This document shows positions 50,144 to 61,249 of a DNA stretch of 64,000 nucleotides, piece after piece. Within the stretch, counting starts at the first letter, position 1. Each line of letters starts with the position of its first letter. The notes beneath the pieces are model-generated. The model saw nothing but the letters and a program-made list of their open reading frames with translations. It was not told the DNA's origin and did no database searches. The stretch is from Haliotis rubra (taxonomy: Eukaryota), in the NCBI RefSeq assembly GCF_003918875.1, contig NW_025766975.1, positions 994,684 through 1,058,683 on the forward strand, read 5' to 3'. A program made the translations under genes and the position numbers.

Positions 50144-50380
50144 CAGTGTATGAAATAAGGCCCGTCCGACCGCCCGAGACGGGCTAGATTTCAGCCGGAC
50201 AGTCTAATTTTACAGCTAGCCAGCCCGATGGACGGGTGGAAAAAACTATTCAAATAACATGTCCACTGATGCTGTCTATCTAGTATTTAAGAAGGACTGG
50301 TTAAATCTCTTCTGGGTTGGTAAGTTTTTGGAGTTACCAGCCCAGATGTCGGGCTGGGTTTTGGGCTTATTTCATACACT
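50144..50380. mobile_element. hAT-like MITE (~237 bp) with 8-bp target-site duplication
   Basis: TIRs CAGTGTATGAAATAAGGCCC / GGGCTTATTTCATACACT(G); flanked by GATAATGC at 50136-50143 and 50381-50388. Confidence 0.7.
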
Positions 50381-50803
50381 GATAATGCACTTCAATGCTA
50401 GACTTGTTTGATGTCTGACACCACACCATACAACAGAATTCATTCCACAACTAGAGGACAGAAACTGGTTTACTTAAATTATGTAGTAATAATGTACCTA
50501 CTTAATATGAAGTTGGACATGCTCAAGTTACATGGAATTATCTCCAATCAACCAATCACACACACTAATTGTTTTAAGGTACCACTCTCAGAATATCCCT
50601 ATCAAATGTTCTGTAGTAAATATGAAAATCAATTCCAGCAATTAGTGCTAGATCATTTTTCACACAGGTCCTCACTTTTCAAGAAGGTCCATTGCTGAAG
50701 TTAAATTTGGCAATTTTGTAATAATGTCACTTTGACCTATGTGTCTTGGAGGAGGCACCATGGTATCTAAAGGCAAATGTGTCATTTGATTGAAGTCACC
50801 TAC

Positions 50804-50867
50804 CTGATGAAGTCTTACTTCCTTGTGTCCAAGTTTGAGCTCACATGCCTTGCCTGCCTCATAGTGG
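50804..50867 (-). CDS. MVP: MVP exon 3
   Basis: gtttctcttctag|CCACTAT ... CATCAG|gtaggt; encodes (S)HYEAGKACELKLGHKEVRLHQ (cf. [29 protein letters not shown]). Confidence 0.75.
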
Positions 50868-51040
50868 CTAGAAGAGAAACAGCAAAGCATTAAACAAAAC
50901 CCATCTTCATCAACACCTAGAAATATGCTTGTGTATAGCCAGGTCAAAAGCAATGGCTCAGAGATTGTGATTAGTCTTGCTAGATTACCTACCAGACTTG
51001 ATGCAAACATTTAGTAGGAGTACATATATTGGGAGATCAA

Positions 51041-53265
51041 CACCTGTTAGGTGACCGAGATGACCTCACCTCATGGGGTCTGTGATGATGTTATGGTGAC
51101 CGAGATGACCTCACCTCATGGGGTCTGTGATGATGTTATGGTGACCAAGACTACCTCACCTGATGGGGTCTGTGATGGTGTTATGGTGACTGAGATTACC
51201 TCACCTGATGGGGTCTGTGATGGTGTTATCGTGGCTGAGATGACCTCACCTGATGGGGTCTGTGACACTGTTATCGTGACTGAGATGACCTCACCTGATT
51301 GGGTCTGTGATGCTGTTATGTTGACCGAGATGACCTCACCTGATGGGGTCTGTGATGCTGTTATGGTGACCGAGATGACCTCACCTGATGGGGTCTGTGA
51401 TGGTGTTATGGTGACCGAGATTACCTCACCTGATGGGGTCTGTGATGCTGTTAGGGTGACCGAGATGACCTCACCTCATGGGGTCTGTGATGCTGTTATC
51501 GTGACTGAGATGACCTCACCTGATGGGGTCTGTGATGTGTAATCATGACCGAGATGACCTCACCTGATGGGGTCTGTGACGGTGTTATCGTGACTGAGAT
51601 GACCTCACCTGATGGGGTCTGTGATGCTGTTATGGTGACCGAGATGACCTCACCTGATGGGGTCTGTGATGCTGTTGAAGTGACTGAGATGACCTCACCT
51701 GATGGGGTCTGTGATGCTGTTATTGTGACTGAGATGACCTCACCTGATGGGGTCTGTGATGCTGATGAAGTGATCTGAGATGACCTCACCTGATGGGGTC
51801 TGTGATGCTATTATAGTGACTGAGATGACCTCATCTGATGGGGTCTGTGTGATGCTGTTATCGTGGACCAAGATTACCCTCACCTGATGGGGTCTGTGAT
51901 GCTGTACCTATCGGACTGAGATGACCTCACCTGATGGGGTCTGTGATGTATTATCATGACTGAGATGACCTCACCTGATGGGGTCTGTGATGCTATTATG
52001 ATCGTGACTGACCTCACCTGATGGGGTCTGTGATGCTGTTATGGTGACTGAGATGACCTCACCTGATGGGGTCTGTGACACTGATGAAGTGATCAAGATG
52101 ACCTCACCTGATGGGGTCTGTGATGATGTTATGGTGACCGAGATGACCTCACCTGATGGGGTCTGTGATGATGTTATGGTGACTGAGATGACCTCACCTG
52201 ATGGGGTCTGTAATGCTGTTATCATGACCAAGATGACCTCACCTGATGGGGTCTGTGATGCTGTTATGGTGACTGAGATGACCTCACCTGATGGGGTCTG
52301 TGATGCTGTTATCGTGACTGAGATGACCTCACCTGATGGGGTCTGTGATGCTGTTATCGTGACCAAGATGACCTCACCTGATGGGGTCTGTGATGCTGTT
52401 ATCATGACCAAGATGACCTCACCTGATGGGGTCTGTAATGCTGTTATCGTGACTGAGATGACCTCACCTCATGGGGTCTGTAATGCTGGTGACTACCTTA
52501 TGCTATTATGGTGACTGAGATGACCTCACCTGATGGGGTCTGTGATGCTGTTATCGTGACCGAGATGACCTCACCTGATGGGGTCTGTGATGCTATTATG
52601 GTGACTGAGATGACCTCACCTCATGGGGTCTGTGATGCTGTTATCGTGACCAAGATGACCTCACCTGATGGGGTCTGTGATGCTGTTATGGTGACTGAGA
52701 TGACCTCACCTGATGGGGTCTGTGATGATGTTATGGTGACCGAGATGACCTCACCTGATGGGGTCTGTGATGATGTTATGGTGACCGAGATTACCTCACC
52801 TGATGGGGTCTGTGATGCTATTATGGTGACCGAGATTACCTCACATGATGGGGTCTGTGATGGTGTTATGGTGACCGAGATGACCTCACCTGATGGGGTC
52901 TGTGATGCTGTTATCGTGACTGAGATGACCTCACCTGATGGGGTCTGTGATGATGTTATGGTGACCGAGATGACCTCACCTGATGGGGTCTGTGATGATG
53001 TTATGGTGACCGAGATTACCTCACCTGATGGGGTCTGTGATGCTGTTATGGTGACCGAGATGACCTCACCTGATGGGGTCTGTGATGATGTTATGGTGAC
53101 CGAGATGACCTCACCTGATGGGGTCTGTGATGATGTTATGGTGACCGAGATTACCTCACCTGATGGGGTCTGTGATGCTATTATGGTGACCGAGATTACC
53201 TCACATGATGGGGTCTGTGATGCTGTTATCGTGACCAAGATGACCTCACCTGATGGGGTCTGTGA
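51041..53265. repeat. Satellite A: 45-bp unit x about 49 (~2.2 kb), starting at the donor of MVP exon 2
   Basis: period 45 measured (52741 to 52786); minus-strand unit TCACAGACCCCATCAG|GTGAGGTCATCTCGGTCACCATAACAKCA = last 16 nt of exon 2 (..VTDPI) + CAG|GTGAGG donor + 29 nt intron; irregular segment 51780-52040. Confidence 0.9.
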
Positions 53266-53383
53266 CACTGATGTAGTGACCAGGAGGGACAACGATCATA
53301 GGTAAAGGTCCAGCCTCAAGACGTTCATTACTCTTCAGGACGAGGGTCTGTGGCCCGACCTCTAGCCGTGTGATGTTCGTTGT
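53250..53383 (-). CDS. MVP: MVP exon 2
   Basis: cctgtgttgcag|ACAACG ... CCCATCAG|gtgagg; encodes TTNITRLEVGPQTLVLKSNERLEAGPLPMIVVPPGHYISVTDPI (cf. [44 protein letters not shown]). Confidence 0.85.
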
Positions 53384-53581
53384 CTGCAACACAGGACACG
53401 ACCAGTATGTATTTGTCATATCAAACATAAAACTAACTTGATCATCTCGCAATGGTTTGACAAATAGAGACATATCAAGTAGCATCCTGAGTTTCAGGAA
53501 TATCACATCAAATCACAAAGGTCATACTTGGATTATAAGCAAATATGTAAGGGTTATCAAGTTTGCAAGAAAAAGCTAAAG

Positions 53582-53990
53582 ACTCAGGGGTTCAAATGTT
53601 TTTTTAAAAGCCACTTGCCACAGGGCAAGTGACTTTAAGAAAGTAACTTGTCCTGGCTAATTTTCCACTTGCCATGATTTTTATGACATAATCGTCATGA
53701 TGTAATTATGAAAGAATAAATCAACATGGCATTTGATGTTAATGTCCACTGGACTATTTGAGAAGTGATAAATGGCACAGAAGAATAACTCTACTTAATT
53801 ATCATTGCAAAATTTAATAGCTACATTTTGAGCAGATATGAAATGAAATCCAAGCTTATTTGCAGTTTGAAACCGAAAGCAGAGATTATCTAGTAGCCCA
53901 CGGACAAGTAAGATACCATTATTTGATTGCCCGAAATGAAAACTGACTTGTCCCGGGCGTCGGGCTATGGGAGTTTTGAACCCCTGCAGA
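53582..53990. mobile_element. MITE (~410 bp) in MVP intron 1
   Basis: TIRs CTCAGGGGTTCAAATG / GTTTTGAACCCCTGCAG; internal GGGCTAGC/CCCGGGCGTCGGGCT-type motifs. Confidence 0.55.
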
Positions 53991-54238
53991 CGCATGGTAA
54001 AACTTAGCCGAGAGCCGCGATGCGGTCAACATTTTTTATGCGGGATTTATAACGATTACATTACACTTGTGTAGTAGAAACATATACATAATTCGAAACA
54101 GGTCAGCAGGCTTGCAGATCATGGTCAAATTTGTAACGTGCTGGTTGATTGCTCATGACCTAGTGAATTGAGCGATCGACAAAGACCCGTCCGAGGTGAC
54201 GGGCACCTGTCAATAACTGGACCTGTCAAATAGCTCAC

Positions 54239-54307
54239 CAGATCCAATACGTGGACGTATTGGTAGGGCATCAACCCAATAATGGACCCTTCCTTGTTGT
54301 GATTCAT
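54239..54307 (-). CDS. MVP: MVP exon 1 (coding part; ATG at 54305-54307)
   Basis: first ATG downstream of an in-frame TAG; encodes MNHNKEGSIIGLMPYQYVHVLDL then GATCTG|gtgagc donor (cf. [21 protein letters not shown]); the ORF-track GTG start at 54328 is not an ATG. Confidence 0.75.
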
Positions 54308-54855
54308 GACACCCGTTTGTATGTGCACTCGTTGCGGATAACTTTGAGACTAATTCTCCAGGTTCGCTGTTTACAATAAAACCCGGAAGCGTTGCGACTG
54401 CTGGGGATACTATTACCCACATAACATATATTCGTTTCTCAGATCTTGATGTAACCGTCTGTTGAAAGAACCAGATATTTCGTTTCTCTTTGTAATTGGT
54501 CGAGTTACTGATTGTTGTTTCAGAGCAGTGTGCGAAATAGTTTCTAAATATTGCTTGCCAGTCGGACTAGCTATGCCTGAAAGTTACTAGCCAACAAAAT
54601 AATTCACTAGTCCGAAATTTGAATGTGGACACGGGTTTCATCATTAAGCTGCTAATATGATGAATATTTTTATCAGGCCATAATCTTGCATGCTTTAAAA
54701 GTGTGTTATAACTTAATAAGTCGGAGAGACTGATATGTCACAAAATGACCCCATGAAAATTTACTAGCCACTTGGGATTTTTACTAGCCACGGGCTAGCG
54801 GGCCAGTGGCTATTTTGTTGCCTGTGATGATGCGAGAGCATCAACGTCTTCTCTT

Positions 54856-55215
54856 GTGATCCATGAGAAGATTCGAGTGAAGGAGCATGCGAAGATTTTC
54901 AGAGCGCTTCCATGGATATCATATGTTTTTATCTTCTTGCTTGTGAAAGTATTAATACTAATTTTCACTGTGAAACTTATTAAAGTACCATATGAGAAGT
55001 TCAAAGCCTCTACATACTACAACTATCTGGGAATACTCTTCTCTACACAACTGTCATGGACTAAATGTACAGAAACACTATCAACCAAAGCAAACAAGGC
55101 ATTATTTTCTATTAAGAAGTTAATCTACAAGTATTTAAATATTCCAGTTAATATTCTTTTTAAGCTCTTTAATACCAAAATGAAGCCAGTATTACATTAT
55201 GGTGCAGAAGTGTGA
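54856..55215 (+). mobile_element. LINE reverse-transcriptase C-terminal fragment
   Basis: ORF ...NYLGILFSTQLSWTKCTETLSTKANKALFSIKKLIYKYLNIPVNILFKLFNTKMKPVLHYGAEV matches the non-LTR RT region KYLGV..D..L.W..HI......KA...L..L.R........L..LY.ALVRP.LEYGA.VW. Confidence 0.6.
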
Positions 55216-56424
55216 GGTTATCATTATCAAGAGCGATAGATAATTCATTCATTCAGTTGACGTCCCACATAAGACCATATTCAAATTTGATGCATTTCTT
55301 TTTTTTAAAATGTATGAAATACGTTATCTTCTCATGGATGACCTATTATCAAACGGTAAATATGGCTGATGTGCTTAGGCGCTGGTAACATTTTTATAAT
55401 ATTCCATAGGACATTCAAGACGTATTTACTATCAGTTTCGAAGTATGTGTTATAAGTCGGTGGAAAGTAGTATACGGAGTACGGTTGAGCAACCTGGCCT
55501 ATCGGCACTTGGACGTGACGGAGATGAATTATCACTCCAACCTACGTCAGTAAATATCTTTGTTGGGTCTATACTTATACATTAGTCACAGGCAGGAAAT
55601 TCTACAGTAGCGAGTGATAAAACTTTAAGTTTCTTAAATTAATAGAGGTTGGAAATCAGCCATAAAGGGGCCCTGATCTCCGACAATTCGCTGAGGCTGG
55701 TTGTTATTATTTTTCCCCCGTGCATACCCGGATGATATCCCATAAATATGATTTGCGATCTATGTTGCGCCTTCAAGCGCAGATAATCGGGTATCCTGAC
55801 TTTGATCAACAGAAATGAAAAACAGGTTTGTCTTTGAATTAATTGGGAAATGTAGTCATCTTTGTGACCCCTTTCATTATTTTATAAACTAGCTGCAAAA
55901 TATATCCATCTGGTTTATCATGTAGTTTACTTGCATCCCCCCAGTGACAATAATTGTTAGTATTGAAAGAAAACGGCCACTGCACATCGTTTCATTTGTT
56001 ACCTTACTTAACACTATGATTAATTAATGTATTATTATGTTTTATGCATTTTATGTTTTTATGCTCAATAAGCTTGCGTGGCGAGTGCATTGATTAATAA
56101 AAGTAAACTAATACCTAGCATTTGAGTTTAAATGACGAGTGTACAACGAATAATAGCAGAGAGGAATAATCTCTGTTAGTTACGGAAAGACGATAACGAA
56201 ACTCACTCGGCACATATCAATCGGAATGACTCGGTATGAGAATGACGTTCGAGGTACTTGTACTAATGAAATACTTGTTTGTATGTTCCAATCAATTATA
56301 TTCAGATATTAGATACAAGTAGATATCACATACGAACTTGTTCAAGATACAGCATGTAAACCAATTTAATATGTACTTTACTTCTTTTATAAATTGATAA
56401 GCCCATTGGTAAGCCTATTCAGCC

Positions 56425-56525
56425 CTGTGGTATGATCCCCGACCACGCCTACCAAAAATAGTGTAAGATGGTACTTCTTGTTCCCCTGCCTTGCTCTCAA
56501 CATCGAGGGGTTTAAATAAGGACTG
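56425..56525 (+). mobile_element. SINE-C fragment
   Basis: GATCCCCGACCACGCCTACCAAAAATAGTGTAAGATGGTACTTCTTGTTCCCCTGCCTTGCTCTCAACATCGAGGGGTTTAAATAAGG. Confidence 0.5.
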
Positions 56526-56559
56526 TAAATAAGGTGAGTAAATGTTAACTGGTTGATGG

Positions 56560-56625
56560 TTTGTTGTTTAACGATGCACTCAGCAATATTCCAGCTGTAT
56601 GGCGGCAGGCTGTAAATATACTATG
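56560..56625 (-). mobile_element. SINE-B tail fragment
   Basis: TTGTTGTTTAACGATGCACTCAGCAATATTCCAGCTGTATGGCGGCAGGCTGTAAATA. Confidence 0.5.
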
Positions 56626-56877
56626 CAGCAAAAATACGTCAGTTTGGAATTTTCCTTCGCAGAAACGGATAACTGTAAACTCATTTAATGTTTTGATTGT
56701 ATATTTTTGACAACATCTCCAACTTTACCTGAGCAAAGACATTTATTTCCAAACTCAGAATGGAACCCAGGAAATGGTCTCAAAAACGCAACCTGATCTC
56801 GGAGATGGTACGGTGTTCTCCATGTTTTTCATGCAACTCATGCTGCACGTGCTGTTTACAAGGACCAGCCCTATAAA

Positions 56878-57800
56878 ATGCACCCCCAAACCTGGTTGAA
56901 ACATTCACATTATAACGTCAGCAGGATGCCCCTTCTCACGACAGCTCAGGGGAACAAGGCGCAAAGAAGACTTGAAGCTGGCCTCACTGCACAAACCGTT
57001 GCCAATCACTTCCAGGTCAACGTTTGGACCATCTACAGGCTGCAGCAACGTTTCCGGGCCACCAACACCACAAATGATTCCCCCCGTACTGGCAGACCAA
57101 GGGTGACCACAAGACGACAAGACCGCCATGTTGTGCGACAGCAAGTACAGAATCTCTTCATGCAGGCATCCGAAACAGCACGCCAGACAGTGGGAACACA
57201 CGGAAGACCAATCAGTACTGATACAGTACGACGACGTCATAACAGCGGGAACCTCCATTGCCGTAGACCTTACCGTGGACCTATCCTCATCCCTCGTCAT
57301 CGGCGTGAACGTCTGCAGTTTGCCCTACAACACGAAAACTGGCGACACAGGCAATAGTGAACTGTTCTGTTCAAAGATGAGAGTCGGTACTGCGTATCAA
57401 GTGCAGATGGCAGAACAAGAATATGGCGACGACGTGGCCAGCGTCACTCAGACCAATGTGTTATGGAAAGAGACTCATGGGGAGGTGCAAGCATCAATGT
57501 ACTTGAAGGGGCTGGCAATATAATACCGACATTATCAGGAGTAGTACAAGCACCGCACGCACCGTGTGGCTTTTTTCAGTTTAGGAAAGCAATGTGCCAC
57601 AGATGCCTTAGACGGAACGCGCCTTGCAGAGTTGCGTCCCTTAGCCTCTTACGTCGGATTCGCAGAACCGCCACGGAACCATCCCTTTACCGAAACATCA
57701 AGGCTTTCATGCAGAAACACCAAAGCTTACTACATGATTACCGCCAGCACAGCTGCAGACCTTTAAACCGGTCACTATTCAGACCTTTCCAAGCGTGTTA
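56878..57800 (+). mobile_element. degenerate Tc1/mariner-family transposase remnant (frameshifted)
   Basis: 159-aa ORF with paired-like HTH ...RTGRPRVTTRRQDRHVVRQ...GRPISTDTVRRRHNSGNLHCRRPYRGPILIPRHRRERLQFALQHENW; downstream frames continue catalytic-domain-like segments (RVGTAYQVQMAEQEYGDDV..., WGGASINVLEGAGNIIP...) across frameshifts. Confidence 0.7.
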
Positions 57801-58871
57801 AGAATATTGTAAATCCATTATCGGATTATATAGGAACTCTGGTTGAAATGTATGTCACCTTGTGTTTTGTACAGGTTGATATTGCTTTGTAATAAAGTCT
57901 ACAAAATAAAGTTCTGTCGTTTCTAATTCGTCAGATTAAATAGACATTATCGCTCGTTGTGGAAGAAATATGCTATGCAGAAGCTAAAAAGATCGCGAAT
58001 ACAGACATCTGACGATGTCCACACTCGATATTTGGCGAAAACATGAAATCTTAAAAGTTGCGGTAACTGATACTTTGTGGTTTAATAATTCTAACATTTC
58101 ACCAACAAGTTTTCTTCTGTGACCTTTTTGTGAGTAAATGACACACCAATTTAGTATTGCAGTACATCGACAAAGGATGAGATACGCCAGATGTTCTAAG
58201 CGAAGACGAGCAATGTTGCTTTTCACTCACGTTTTCAGTGTAACGCTACTTAGAATGTACACGTAATTTGATTCACATTCATTAACCTTTTTAGATTCTT
58301 CTGATATTATTTTAATAATTTTATTCTCTGAAACACTTTATTACAGCTTTGGAGTACAGGTTTGTGTTACGGATCAAATGCTCTATTATTTACTATCATA
58401 CAATATATGTTTATAGTTACTAAGTTTATTTAATATTTTCGCGGAAATATAGAGGACACACTCCTAGCTTAATTTTCTGATTCAGATCTGTTATTTGGAA
58501 ATTCCGACTGCATTTACACTGCATTTTCGTGGCGTTGTTCAAAAGGCTGAGTTTACCCAGTGCTGAGCTGTTGAAGTTAAGATTCGTAATCCGAATCACC
58601 CGAGGAGCGTTGAGGACCAAAACCTTACCACTCGAGTAAGGCAGGATTATACCATGAGATGTGACCCGTGTTATAAAACTATATTTTTAGATTTTAGATT
58701 TTTAGATTTTAAATATGGAATTCATGGTTTCTTGGAAAATGTCATTGCAGACTACTCGTTTACAAACCCTATTAATTTGGATCCGATGTGCATAATGAAA
58801 CATGCCCATTAAGCTGTTGGATGACCTAACTGTGGCACCAGCAATCATTAAGATCTATACCCGCGAAGAAC

Positions 58872-59110
58872 CAAGGTTAGAATTGATCTTCAGTAACCCA
58901 TGCTTGTCGTAAGAGGCGACTAACGGGATCAGGTGGTCAGACTCGCTGACTTGGTTGACACATGTCATCTATCCCAGTTGCGTACATCGATGCTCGTGCT
59001 GTTGATCACTGGATTGTCTGGTGGAGACTCGATTAATTACAGACCGCCGCCACATAGCTGGAATACTGCTGAGTGCGGCGTTAAACAACAAACCAACCAA
59101 CCAACCAACG
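58872..59110 (+). mobile_element. SINE-B copy
   Basis: CAAGGTTAGAATTGATCTTCAGTAACCCATGCTTGTCGTAAGAGGCGACTAACGGGATCAGGTGGTCAGACTCGCTGACTTGG...GGAATACTGCTGAGTGCGGCGTTAAACAACAAACCAACC. Confidence 0.75.
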
Positions 59111-60644
59111 TTAAGATCTACATCAGAATATAGACGTATGCCCACCTCGCGTGCGTTTGGTTGCATACCCATGCACATGAACGTAAAGTATTAACACGTG
59201 TATTTTGTCATGCAAACGCATTGACGCATCCTGCACGTCTGCAAAGCAGGAGGAATACATTTACAAGTATGTGCTAATGGTAATTTGTATATGTGCAGTT
59301 TTGCAAGCTGTGTAATGCATTATGTCATGTCGTGCTGAAGATTTAACTTTTGCGTTTACAACCCTCAATTACCAACACCTGTCTTAAACCTTTCGAACGC
59401 CTATATGTTTGCAGATTAAACATAGGACTGAGCTTACATTAGTGACAGAATGCTGTCTTGTGCAACAGTTCTTAACTATTACAGTCAGGCTAATTGGTAT
59501 ATACTTTGTTGTAGCCTCTAAGTTAACCCTGCCACACAATCCTACTCTCATTGCGTCTCCTTGAACCGGATCCTTGAGTCGTCGATATTGTGAAACCGGG
59601 AAATAAACACAACTACTGTAGACACACACAGACACAGACGCAGACACACAGACATTCTCATACTTAAACAGCTTTATTATACCATATGAAAATTAAATGG
59701 ACGAAGCTTCACAAGTTCATCGTATTTACTTTTCATCTGACACTATCTCTGAAGTAAGTGGTAATAACACAAAAGACTGCTTCGATGTTGAGGATAGCCT
59801 AATGGACAGGATTTAAAGACTGGGGAAAAACACATTTCATCATTAGGAACGAGTACTGAGCAGCACTATCGCAGCGTCTGTTGTTCAGGAACACGCTGTC
59901 ACACGTGCGGATCAAACTCTTATCACAGGTGATCTATGAGGAGAAATAAAGGGACCCGTAAAGACGTATATTAAATAGCTACTGCACGCTTTGGTTGATA
60001 ATGCTAACGTTTTAGGACCATGTTTTAGGTTTGTTCTATACGTGTGGTAGATAACCACCCACATCATTGCGCCACTACAATCATATCTGACATTATGCAG
60101 GGATGCATTCTGCATTTCTTGCTAAAACTTTCATAGAGACGTCGGTAAACTCACATTCCCCGATCATCACCTCGATGCAGCACGAATTGTTGCTGAAACA
60201 CACAGCTATCGCACGATGCCGCTGACGTTGCAGTTGATAGCTGGTACCACCCAACATTGTTTGTTCTCCAGGAATCGTTTCTTCTGAGTGGATGTTGTTG
60301 TACACCTTTTCTTTGAAAACGGTCTTTGGATGACGTTGTAAATAACACTTATTTACCTGGCCTATGTCGGTGACGTGACGTACCATGCTGTTTGTACTGA
60401 TGTGTGCAGAGGAATTAAAAATGGTCGTAAACTATGGACCAAAATTGATTTGAATTTTTCATACCAAGCAATGCCCCATCAGCTCCAGGGCACTAACAGT
60501 TGAGCATGTACATATTAATCAAAAGTCACAGAATCGCATATTTTGCTGACAACGAAGCCTTTCGATCAATGTTTCACCACCAGAGGCCTGTTTAAGTAAC
60601 TCCAGAATTTGTACAACCGCCATCCAGTGTGTACTACGTATGGA

Positions 60645-60888
60645 CCCGTGAATGTCCGGGTTAGAATTCTTCTTCAGCAACTCATGCTTGTCGTAAGAGG
60701 CGACTAACGGGTCAGGCTCGCTGATTGGGTTGACACATGTCATCGTATCCTAATTGCGCAGATCGATGTCCATGCTGTTGATCCCTGGATTGACTGGTTC
60801 AGACACGATTATTTACAGACCGCCACCATATAGCTGGAATATTGCTGAGTGCGGCGTAAAACTAAACTCACTCACTCACTCGCTACGT
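60645..60888 (+). mobile_element. SINE-B copy
   Basis: CCCGTGAATGTCCGGGTTAGAATTCTTCTTCAGCAACTCATGCTTGTCGTAAGAGGCGACTAACGGGTCAGGCTCGCTGATTGGG...GGAATATTGCTGAGTGCGGCGTAAAACTAAACTCACTCACTCACTCGC. Confidence 0.75.
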
Positions 60889-61249
60889 ATGACTGTCTAT
60901 ATGATGTGTGGCGCTATCTCGTACTACGACCTTCACATCGAGATTTTACTGTTTATTCTCTGGCCAGCATTTATTTACTGTTATGAAATCTGTGTGAGTA
61001 TTGGATGCAAACTTACCGTATTTGCAAACATCAGGTGCCAGCACTGATTTTCAGGGACTTGTTGTATTTTCAAACATGTATAACTCGTCCACAAATAGAC
61101 TTTAGTACATGGATTTTTACATCAGTTTAGGAGAAGGAAATGTCTATACAACCAAGTGGATAATGTTAGATAACAGAGAAGTTGAGCGCCATGGTGACGA
61201 CGTAGCGCGGGCCCGACGTCAGGTCTCCTGGCTCTCAGTCCAATCTCTC

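Noticed and set aside
51051-53305. Long repetitive ORFs on both strands (e.g. 265-aa MTSPDGVCDAVIVTE xN on +, 223-aa TITASQTPSGEVISV xN on -)
   Set aside because: These are products of the 45-bp (15-codon) period of Satellite A and have no start or stop context or homology. The true MVP frame hits a stop after the first donor.
54308-54900. MVP promoter or 5' UTR exon
   Set aside because: The minus strand has an acceptor-like ttttattgtaaacag just upstream of the ATG, which suggests a separate non-coding first exon, but no TATA or initiator could be assigned. The ACTAGCCA and GGGCTAGCGGGCCAG motifs nearby look repeat-derived.
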